From: Antedon mediterranea
Taxonomy: Eukaryota > Animalia > Echinodermata
NCBI RefSeq assembly: GCF_964355755.1
Contig: NC_092673.1
Location: 14,790,948 to 14,854,947 of the forward strand
Length of the DNA stretch: 64,000 nt
Direction of reading: 5' to 3'
Position 1 is the stretch's first letter; each line of letters begins with the position of its first letter. This document shows positions 54,348-63,763 of the stretch, piece after piece. Both the position numbers and the translations under genes were made by a program. Below the pieces are notes generated by a model. It was not told where the DNA came from. It saw only the letters and a program-made list of their open reading frames with translations, and made no database searches.

Positions 54348-55659
54348 ATGGCAGGAGGACTACAAAAAAAAACGAGCGAAACGTTGCAGACAAAATAACG
54401 AAGCGAAGAAGATCGTTCGTTGCCGTTTGTTTGAACTGCCAACCGAATTGTTGCTGCACATTTTCTCGTTCTTAGACAACACGTCGAAGTTACAGTGGGC
54501 CAATTCGAGTCCCTTCCTTGAGAAACTGTCGGGCGACTTGGAAATCGTTGCCACCGAGGCGGTCGTCGGATTGTGCAGACATCCACGTCGGTTTACGGCG
54601 GACGAGTTTTCTATCCACCGACCCGGAAACGTGTTGATGTGCGTTCACCGAAAGTTTCTTCTCGATCCGCAGCTGACCTCGCCGCAATTTTACTTGGCCA
54701 ACCTTGTGCTGAAGAACGTGCATTTTAGAAAGGGGACATTGCGTCGCATCTTGGAAGGGATTGTGGTTTCCCTAAAGTATTTGGAATTGGACTCTTGCAC
54801 CGGTGACGTTTTCCACCCGTCCCCTGAGCAACTCGTCCCGGAAGACGGCATACGATATTCGTCGATACATTTGAGAAACATGAACGTTCACTTGGACGAC
54901 GTCCGCGAAACCCTGCTTCCGGATGAGCGTGTCACGCAATACACCTTCTACGTGGTACTGACCGACTGCAAAGTGACGGAGGACAATCGAGCAAAGAACG
55001 GTGTGCTGTTGATTACGTACGACGGGCGCAGCAACGCTCCCGATGTCGGTCGTTACTTCAACCTGACCTCGGTCTCGTCCGTGTGGAAAGAAACCGAGCG
55101 GTTGAAGGTTCGCCCCTACAAAGCGGGAGGAAGAGACACGGTGTGCATGCACCGTGTCAACTTGATCAGTTTTCAGGCGGCCGTCGACCATTTAGCCGAA
55201 TCCTTGAACGAAACCTCCCTAGAACTTTCGTTCGACTGCTACGACGAGGAACTATGCGGCATGCTCGAGGGTCTGCGGTTGGTGTGCTGGGACTCTTTGA
55301 CGACGTTGTTTTTGATAGATTCGGTTGCGGAGAAAAATGTTCTTGCCGTTGTCATGTCGCACCACCCGAGCATGAGTGCGATAACGTTGAAACGTTGCAG
55401 CGGCGATCCTTTCGGCGAGGTGAGAACGGTCCCCAACACGGCACTGAGGCAATTGAACCTGATCGATATGGTCGTCGAAGAGGCCGGCATGGTCAAATTC
55501 ATGACACCGATCTTCGAAGTTGTCACCTTAAATTTAGTAGAGTGCAAGTTCGACAAAGAGCTTTACAAAAAACTGTTTTACGAGGCTACCGGCTGCACTT
55601 TTAGAATTAATAAATTTCCAAACTACCAACAATTCGAAACGCAGACATCAAGACGTTAA
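54348..55659 (+). CDS. F-box/LRR-like protein, copy 2; +1 frameshift in the A-run after the start
   Basis: Paralog of 51862-53229. The ATG at 54348 matches copy 1, but the run after CTAC has 9 A (54364-72) against 8 in copy 1. Confidence 0.85.
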
Positions 55660-55994
55660 CTATAAGTCTAAAGTTCCATATCATTGATATTTTTTTTATT
55701 AGGAATACTGTTTGTTGTTTGTTTTTTGTTTTTGTTTGTTATTTTTTTTTTTTAGTGGAAGAAACTTAATAAAGAAATATACGAGAGAAAAAAAAAACCA
55801 CAAAAACTCGGCTACGAAATGTTGTTTCCTATTCGTGGGGCCTGTAAACTATATTTCATATAACATAGTCCAAATCATTATAGGGATTCGGTTTAAGAGA
55901 AGAAGCACGACGTTCTTGAATATGCGTTTTTTTTTCTCAGACGACAACCATTCCTTCGGTTGCTTCTGTTATAGTCAACTTTCTTCCGTGCCCT

Positions 55995-56258
55995 TCAGAA
56001 CAGAGAGACGATGTGTTTGTAGCCTGCGTCTCGAAGTGATCCGACAAACGCCTGGTATGCATGCTCGCCATGTTTTTCTATGTCTTTAAGGATAAAGGTA
56101 ACCACTCTTTGCCTACTGCCTATAGAGAGAATTTATTCGGCTTGTCTCAATCTATACACCCGCCTTTTCACCAGACCCTTCAGCACCGGTAAAGGTTCTA
56201 ACGATTCCGCGAGTAGAACACGGTGTAAGTGCAAACGCTCTTTGTCTTCCAGCAGCAT
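55995..56258 (-). pseudogene. Single-CARD protein with a premature stop
   Basis: MLLEDKERLHLHRVLLAESLEPLPVLKGLVKRRVYRLRQAE*ILSIGSRQRVVTFILKDIEKHGEHAYQAFVGSLRDAGYKHIVSLF, read through TAA 56133-35. It aligns by eye to both CARDs of 50854-51609. Confidence 0.75.
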
Positions 56259-56359
56259 TCTGACGAATGAACTGGAATTTTTTGTACAAAAAAAAATTAC
56301 ACTATTACAACTACATCGTGGCTTCATAAACGATGGCTAAGCCTTTTATTTGTAGATTT

Positions 56360-56399
<40 letters not shown>

Positions 56400-56479
56400 T
56401 TTTTTAATTATTCAAAGTAAAAATTGTACAAAAAAAAAAAAAAAAAAAAGAAACACACAAACAAAATAAAGGTATAGTT

Positions 56480-59400
56480 ATGTTCTCTCTCAGTCTCCAG
56501 TCTCCTCATCCACCCAAAGTGGCATACTTGATCGCATCCGACTACAGAGGTTCTTCAAAGTCGACCACGAGCACAGTGTTGTTTCGTAAGATAGCGCAGA
56601 ACAAATTCCACTTTCAACTGTGGTTCAGAACGTCCATCCCGACGGAAATCAGACGAGCAGCGATCGCAGTCGAACTGGAGGACGGAAGAAAGAACTTCGG
56701 CGTCAGAATTTACGACGGCCACTTTTCGTACGACAGACATCTGTACGACAACGGCAAGACGATAGCTTTGAGCGTGATCGAATCGAAACGCCGTCATCGC
56801 ACTCGGATCGAAGTGGCCGGTGAGGAACGAAGGTTACTTCTTGCCACCGCTGCTTTCGGTCAAGGAACGATAGCGACGAGCACTTGTCTGTTTCCGTTGT
56901 GGGAGACGAAACCGTTGTTTTGCGACGAAGACGTACGCGACACCTTCTTTCAAAGGGCAACGTTTCTGAACTCGAGGATAACGGTTACCGACAGGAAGAA
57001 GAAAGTCCCACGCTCAAGCAACGAACAAAGAATGTTACGTCTGATACGTTCCGTTCCGTCGATGATGCTGGTGCGTCTGGGGCACATTCATTTAGACTAG
57101 ACAAAAAGTAGTGAGCCCTCTAGCGGTCATTTGTGATTTCTGAGATTCATCGAAGCGCGACAACATCACCCGGAAATGATGTGAATTAAAAATTTTAATA
57201 GGGTTAAACTCTTTTAACCAATTGAAAGCCTTAAATTATAGTTCCTTATGAATAATTCATGAAAATAATGAAAGCAAGGGTTGAAGAAGCATGTGACTTG
57301 GTTTTTGGAACAGGATAGCAGTTATGATCGTGTCAGGTAATCATTGAATTTGCTCTTCTTTTTGTTAAATTTTATACGGTTTTTATCAATAATAATATTG
57401 TACATTTTTACGAGACCATAAAAAAATTCCTCAATTTTTGAGTAAACGAGTGACTAAATAAAAAGTTACTATGTAATGTAAATATTCGTTTGACAAAAAA
57501 TGGGCATGTTGATATTTTCAGGTATTTTTTAAATGGCGATTGAAATAGGTAAACAAATCACATGTATAACGGTGGTTTGTGCGAAGCTGGGCCTAGCCTT
57601 GATGGTCCAACGCGTACTGTGTGTTAATCAATGCGTATAGATACACACGTAGTCGTTTAGGCCAATTTTTTACATGTTTATTTATTAATATTAGGCCCCA
57701 TTTTCATTTATTTTAATTAATGTACTGAATGTACCACACTTTACAACTCTATATAAATTAGATTTTGTACTTGTATTAAATTCAAACGTTTTATGGGATT
57801 TAAAACATTAAGCTAGGCCTTGTAGTAGGCCTTGGACCACATGTTAGGTTTTTCAGCCTAATTTATCATGCAGTATACCTCTAGCCCATCTTTCAAATAC
57901 ATATTTAAATTAAGATACTTTTTATATTTCTATATTTTTTATAGGATCTGACTCCAGAAAACATTTGCATCACTTGAAAGCGGCTATTTATGGACAGCAT
58001 GTTGACATTCAAAAAAATTTGACCAGCTCTTATTAATTAAATGTCTTTTAAATTAAAGGTTTTCATTATAATGAAATGTACAGTGACAGAAATTTAAATG
58101 ATTCTCATAATTGAGGTTTCTCATAGATTTAATATTGAAGGTAAATAAATAAAGCTGTTTGTTATTCTTGCCTTTAGAAATAAACATGTTGTTAGTACTA
58201 TATTATTAGGCCTAGGCCATTATACAAATTAAAACTAAAAAATACAATAATCATATTTAAGGCCTACACAGCAGTACCTTACTTGATTTGATTTTTTTTC
58301 AAATATTTAATTGATGAAATAAATGAGTTTGACTTTTCAATTAGTTGCCATTTTATTAGTTTCTGTGTGTTTTTATTTATATTCTTAAAATAATTGTATA
58401 CAACAACTTTAAAGTATTGCGAAGAAGTGATCAAATTAAAGTAGGCCTATTTGTATGTTATTGTCACTTAAAATTATGCAGTTAAAGTATTTGATTTTAG
58501 GGTGACAGAAGCGGTTAGGCAAGAAAAGAAATAAATTTGGGAATTTTGTTATGCGGTAAAAACAATTAAACATAATTTACCCCTAATGCATGTAAATGTA
58601 GAAAACATTGCTTATGTTAGCGCGACCGAAACTCGCTACTGGGAATAGAGCCTGCAAAAGCGACGCGTACACACCTACTCGGGCACCGGCGGAGCGCGAT
58701 CGATAGTAAATATACCCGATTTCAAATGATCATAAAATTCTTTTAAAAAATATCAACATTTTGATTTTTTGAGGATTAAAAGTAAAGATATTGAAATTTA
58801 ACATGCTATTTACAAATATGTATTTAAAAATTCGGAAACAATTTTAGCGTGATATTAAAACAAACTTTTTAGAGTTCCGCGATTTCCTACGCAGGATTTG
58901 TTTGTTTTCATTGTTAATGGGCGAATGTTACCTAAACTAGAATCGTTATAAATCTTTTAAATTTGTATTATAAGTAATTTCTTTAGTATTCTTAGTAACA
59001 TCGAATGTCTCTAATTAACTAGCAGTTATTTATACTAACTATTGTTCAATAATAAGCGTGTATGAAGTGAAAATCTATAGTAATAATGTTCTTAGTCAGT
59101 TCGTCTCGCTCGCGTGAAGTCTTCGGGTTTCCCAATACAATTTTCAGCGGTAAGATAGGCTCGCGCTAATGTTTAAATCAAAAGCGCTCTCAAAACACTT
59201 TTTGTCCAAAATTCGCAATATGACGTGAGTGTGGGAAATTCGGTTATATCTGACGTTGGGGCTGCTGCTCGACGCCGATCGCTACCCCGGATTCAAGCAG
59301 TTGTTTCAAAGGTGGCGGCCGTGCGTTCATCAGGGTTCCGAGGTAGGTCTTTACGATCCCATCAACGACGAGCTGTTCCTCGGCGACGGTCGTACCAGCC

Positions 59401-59753
59401 GAGATTCTTCGACCGGGATCGTCTACTGGACGAGCGACAATACCATACGATGCGGCGGCGGCGGCGAACACTTGCCGCCCGAGATCATGGAAGCTTCGTG
59501 CAAAGAGGCGTCGTTGATGGCTCCGCTCTCCATACCGCCTTTCGTAAAGTTTCACCAAAGCGGCAGCTTTGATCCGGATTCGCGTCTGGTGGCGTACGGT
59601 CCGACTAGGGAAATGGAGGAGAAGTTGTTCGACGTCGTGACGGAGACGACTTACTTCGATGTGTTTTCCTACGCCGACGTCTGCCGGGTGTCGACTGCGG
59701 CGGCGGCTGCTTGCAACGTGATCTGTTCGACGATCACCCTGACGAACTTTTGA
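56480..59753 (+). pseudogene. Hypothetical viral gene split by a transposon (56480-57082 plus 59236-59753)
   Basis: CpG-rich coding sequence on both sides of an AT-rich insert. Removing 57083-59235 joins ...SVDDAGASG to EIRLYLTLGLLLDADRY... in frame. One further frameshift near 56990 is needed to link to the 56480 start. Confidence 0.6.
57083..59233. mobile_element. Non-autonomous CAC-terminated DNA transposon (CMC/EnSpm-like) with bipartite asymmetric ends
   Basis: Left end CACATTC-N11-ACAAAAAGT, right end (reverse complement) CACACTC-N21-ACAAAAAGT. 2-bp TSD GG. Host-like AT-rich interior with AGGCCT motifs. Confidence 0.75.
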
Positions 59754-60376
59754 TACTCTTGAGAAAGATTCTTGGAGATGCGTTTGTGATTGACAGAAGT
59801 TGTGAGTTTGTTCTTGTTCAACGTGTAAATCTGAAACTGTCTCATCATTTGACAAAGATCGCCGGCCAGTCCGTTTGACACCAGCATCGAAACAAACTCG
59901 TTTTTATCCATACCGAGACTCTTGTTGAGTTTTTGGTCCAGATAATGGAAGGTGTCGTCGAGCAGTTGCTTGAACCATATAGCGACGCCGTAATAGCTTT
60001 CAATCCCGTTGATCGTGCGTTTGTTTCTCAACTCGCTCAAGTCCACGCTCACTATCGACGCGTACGTTTCGGCCAATATTTCCAAGTCGGTAGGCTCGTC
60101 TTCGGAAGCGGATCGACTGCCAGCCCCGGGGCATCGCTCAAGGTGGTCACGAAGGCCGTCACGTTCTTCGATCGCTTTTTCGAGCTCGTTCCGGAGGTCT
60201 TCGACGACCTTGTGCAACCTGCCGTTCTCGTCGTTGCTGGTCCGCAGTTGCTCGAGCGTTTTTGCATGTTTGCGACTCAACTCTTGAAAGCGGGCGAACC
60301 CGGTGTCTGTGGGAGTGGCATTCTGCCCACTGCTTTCAGGAAAAGGCAATCGATTTAACTGAACCCTCAGAGTCAT
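59669..60376 (-). CDS. Hypothetical viral protein with an N-terminal coiled coil (235 aa)
   Basis: ATG-initiated after an A-rich spacer. Heptad-like stretch LEQLRTSNDENGRLHKVVEDLRNELEKAIEERDGL. Its 3' end overlaps the convergent gene. Confidence 0.7.
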   Translation of the reverse strand: MTLRVQLNRLPFPESSGQNATPTDTGFARFQELSRKHAKTLEQLRTSNDENGRLHKVVEDLRNELEKAIEERDGLRDHLERCPGAGSRSASEDEPTDLEILAETYASIVSVDLSELRNKRTINGIESYYGVAIWFKQLLDDTFHYLDQKLNKSLGMDKNEFVSMLVSNGLAGDLCQMMRQFQIYTLNKNKLTTSVNHKRISKNLSQEYQKFVRVIVEQITLQAAAAAVDTRQTSA

Positions 60377-60524
60377 AATAGTGTGAGGTAATGTTGTTGT
60401 TGGGAGGTTTTTTTTTTGTTTTTTTTTTTAGGGGTGGTTTTTAAGGCTAATATTGTTATCGTATTTCTTATTTGTATCTTTTTTTTTGGTTCTCCGTTTT
60501 GATTTTTTTTTGTTTTTGTTGCAA

Positions 60525-60914
60525 ATGCAAATGCAAATGGAAAGTTGCGTGTACAGATACTTTTCGGAAAACTACAGGGTAGACGACTTTGTAGAAGAAG
60601 ACGTCGATCGTATGGTTTCAAGAGCCACCGATCGTTACGTCGAATGCGTGGACAAACTGAAGGTGTCTCTGACGAGTTTGAGATCGCAGAAAGAGGATGC
60701 TGCCGCAGCTGCTGCCACCGGCGACGTGGTCACTCTCATGACCGCCTCAAACAGAGACGTACTCTCGAGAAGTGGCAGCGATCGCCACGGACCGATTCCG
60801 CCGGCACTCGATCCGTCTGCGGAGATCGTTCCGAGTTGGTTCGAAAATTTTGAGAACGCCGTGCGAGGGAAGAAGACCTGGTTCAGCGTCAACTACAACC
60901 GGAGACCACGATAA
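60525..60914 (+). CDS. Hypothetical viral protein (~129 aa)
   Basis: ATG cluster at 60525/31/37, CpG-rich codons, and AATAAA at about 60944. Confidence 0.65.
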   Translation: MQMQMESCVYRYFSENYRVDDFVEEDVDRMVSRATDRYVECVDKLKVSLTSLRSQKEDAAAAAATGDVVTLMTASNRDVLSRSGSDRHGPIPPALDPSAEIVPSWFENFENAVRGKKTWFSVNYNRRPR

Positions 60915-61025
60915 GTGTTTGTTTTTTTGGGGGAGAAAAACCCAATAAAATGGCGGGGTGAAAAAAAAAAACAAAAAACGAAAAATAGTTTATTTATTTT
61001 TTTTATTTTTGCAAAAAAAAATTAA

Positions 61026-63097
61026 TCATTTTCGGGGACGAAATTGTTTTCGATAGCGGTTATTTTCTTTGCGTGCCTCCCAGTAGTTGTAGTTGTAATA
61101 ATTTTCTGGGACAGAGTAGCCTGCGTCTACCGTCGTCGTTTTCGAATGGATCGGCGTTGGGGATCGAGGAGCAAGATGTTGTCGATTGAGGTCCTTGGCG
61201 GAGGCGGCTCGGCTTTCCAAAAGATCGGCGAGTTTCTCGAGAGTGCTACTCTCGTCGGCTTTCTGTCTCTTGTAGGGACGCTCATCCCTTTGCTCCGTTT
61301 CGTGTTCTCTTTTGTTGTCGGAACCGTAATATCTGCCTCTTTTCCGGGGAGAGAGGGAAGAGTCCCTTCGTCGTTCGCCGCTTATGCGGCTGTGTCTTCT
61401 CTTCCTCGAACGAAAACATCAAAAACAACATAATATAGCTATTAACAAGTCATTAAGACGGGTTACTAAATTGTGTGTTGAAGGCGATTTCACTGACAGG
61501 CTTAAGATTCTAAATTTACCAGATATGGTTCAAAGAATGAAATTTCATAGTATAATTTTTGTAGTTAAGTGTTTGCATAATTTAATTGATTTTGATATAT
61601 TTTAATACCTTACAATTAATTCTCGGTATCCAGAGTCCCTCACCTTTAAACACATGTATGCTAGAACTAATGCATTTAAATACTCCCTGTTTGTTAATTT
61701 CCCTCGAATATGGGAATGTATCCCGCATGAAGTTCGTAACAAAGTCCTGTTTAACTTTGGGGGGTTTAGAAGGGATTTGAAAAAATGTATTACTGATATC
61801 GAATTCATCTAGACTATCATTGTGTTTTTATGTCTATTGCGTTTTTCGTACTATTAGTTGGGAAAGCCACTCGACAGTGCAGTTCTTTTGAATTGATCCA
61901 CTTTTGGTTACCCGCAGGTGCTGATAGTACTTTTGTTCTGTTTTGTTGAATGATGCCGTACCTTGTTTATGATTTTTGTATGTTACCTGGAAATTGAATA
62001 AAATAAAAAAATAAAAAATAAAATAACGACCTCGCTCGTTTTCGCCGAGTCGCTCTTCGACGCTTTTGAAGTAATCTTTGCAAACGCTGACAGCGTTCTC
62101 GTTGGTTTTCGCCAGCAAGTTTCTGTGAACGTCCAGTATCTGTTTAATCGAGGAGGCTCCGGTGATGTGAACGTCTTCTTGCATCTTCGGAAATCGCTGC
62201 TTTAAAAGATTGCTTATTTGGTTCTTGAAAGCCCTGTCCGACGTGGCGTCGTCGACGAGTTCGTTGGCGGCCCTGAACGTAGCCGCCACGTCCACTTCCA
62301 CGTGCTCGTTTTCGTTCGGGGCCGTCAACTTTTCGGTGAACTCTTCGAAGTCGCTCATCCTTTTCTTGTACTCCGGCCCCTGTTTGTCCTGCGCGATCTT
62401 GTGTACGTTCAGAATGAAATCTCCGAACTGAACCCTCCAGAGATCCAACTTTTCTTTGAACGTGTCTAGCTTCTGTTTGTTGCACTCGTCCTTGCTCTTG
62501 AGCATACACAGTATGGTGTTGAGATTGTCCTGCGAAACGGTGCTTGCAAGTTTTTCGATCGTCTCCACCTTTTTGCAGAATGTTCTCGTCAGACGCCATC
62601 ACGTTCTCCGCAGGCCCGTTTTCTGCTCCACGCTTATACCCGAATCTCTCTCTGGCAACTCTAAGCGCCATTTCTTCGTCATCGCAGTAAACGGCCACCG
62701 TTCCTTTCCTCTGGCCTGTCTCGACCAGAGAAACTTCTACGCACTTTGTGTGATCGGCTCGCCTGTAGCTGAGAGACAGGCAGTTCAGATTCCGAGAGAA
62801 CGGGCTGTTGAGAAAGTTCTCGTCCTCGATCTCCAACAGGACGGCGACGGCCCCGCCGTTCTCCGTGTTGGATCCGGGGTACGTGCGATCTCTCCACCAT
62901 TTCCGGACGGTGCCGATGCCGTCCGGGGAATGCACGCCTTTGCCGTTCTCGCGTCCCTTCACGTGCTTCCAACGAACCGGGAGCTTCTCGAGATTCCATC
63001 GTTTCACCACGTCGGGAGTCACGTCGTACTCTTCGTCCCGGGCCTCGAGTTTGACGTCCGTAACCACGTAGCCGACCGCGAACCTCTTTATCTTCAT
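61026..63097 (-). pseudogene. Herpes-type capsid maturation protease (assemblin)-scaffold precursor, disrupted by a LINE and a +1 frameshift
   Basis: AVGYVV, LPVRWKH (His), IGTV, CLSLSY (Ser) and EVSLVETGQRKGTVAVY (cf. HCMV LPLNINH, GLSLSS, HVALCSVGRRRGTLAVY). Removing one A at 62570-74 and bases 61414-62029 gives a 484-aa ORF. Confidence 0.85.
61414..62024 (+). mobile_element. 5'-truncated CR1/L2-like LINE inserted in the scaffold gene
   Basis: RT C-terminal remnants (RRVTKL...DRLKILNLP; RTNAFKYSLF...RIWECIP), an (AAAT)n/A-rich tail, and a 5-bp TSD AACGA (61409-13 and 62025-29). Confidence 0.85.
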
Positions 63098-63612
63098 CGC
63101 AGCCTCTTCAACTCCTTCTTTGCGTTCTTCTTTGCGTTCTTCTTTCTCCTGACGTATTTCATCGCTAAGGTACACCTTTCGGCTTTAAGGCGAGCGAGAT
63201 CCTCTTTGTCGTCTTCTTCTATCCTGCAAGGTCTGATGCTCAACGTTTTCTCCTTCAGGTCCACCAACGCCGTAATGTTTTCCGACATGCCGATGAGTAT
63301 CACAGTTAACCAGTCTATGTGTCTGACGTCGACGAACACCACTCCGTCTGCATGTTTCTTGTCGTCGACGATCGACCTGCAGAAAGACGACATGCGGCAA
63401 GCTATCAACGCCACGGTGGGATGGAGATCGGACCTCTGGAACGAAGAATGGTCGTTTGGGATTCCTAATCCGGCTATCTCGCAATTGCACCGAATGCCGC
63501 GAGAGAAGTGCACGGCTCCTGCAAGGAGAGAACAGTCGATGCAACAGCGCATGCCCCCTCGACACGAATCCAACAAAATCCGTAATTCAAGTTCCGATAT
63601 GGTACTCTCCAT
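63094..63612 (-). CDS. Hypothetical Cys-rich viral protein (172 aa) with a basic C-terminus
   Basis: ATG 63612 (MESTISELEL...). CCIDC and CNC motifs. Its TGA overlaps the protease ATG (ATGA, 63094-97). Confidence 0.7.
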   Translation of the reverse strand: MESTISELELRILLDSCRGGMRCCIDCSLLAGAVHFSRGIRCNCEIAGLGIPNDHSSFQRSDLHPTVALIACRMSSFCRSIVDDKKHADGVVFVDVRHIDWLTVILIGMSENITALVDLKEKTLSIRPCRIEEDDKEDLARLKAERCTLAMKYVRRKKNAKKNAKKELKRLR

Positions 63613-63634
63613 CGTGTGAAATTTTGTTTTTTTA

Positions 63635-63722
63635 CGTGTGTGTGCGGGTGTGTTTGTGTGTGCAGGGTGTGTTCGTGCGTGCAGGGTGTGTTTGTGTGGG
63701 TGTGGTGTGAGTGGGTGCCTGC

Positions 63723-63761
<39 letters not shown>
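63635..63761. repeat. (GT)-rich and (TA)n microsatellites upstream of the 63612 gene
   Basis: Directly visible GTGT runs and an approximately 36-bp (TA)n. A similar (TA)n lies at 56362-56394. Confidence 0.9.

Positions 63762-63763
<2 letters not shown>

Noticed and set aside
47298-63710. Many overlapping antisense or alternate-frame ORFs (e.g. 47573-48463, 49438-50247, 62456-63619)
   Set aside because: These are shadow ORFs of GC-rich coding sequence. They are Arg/Ser-rich, lack motifs and lie opposite or across better-supported genes.
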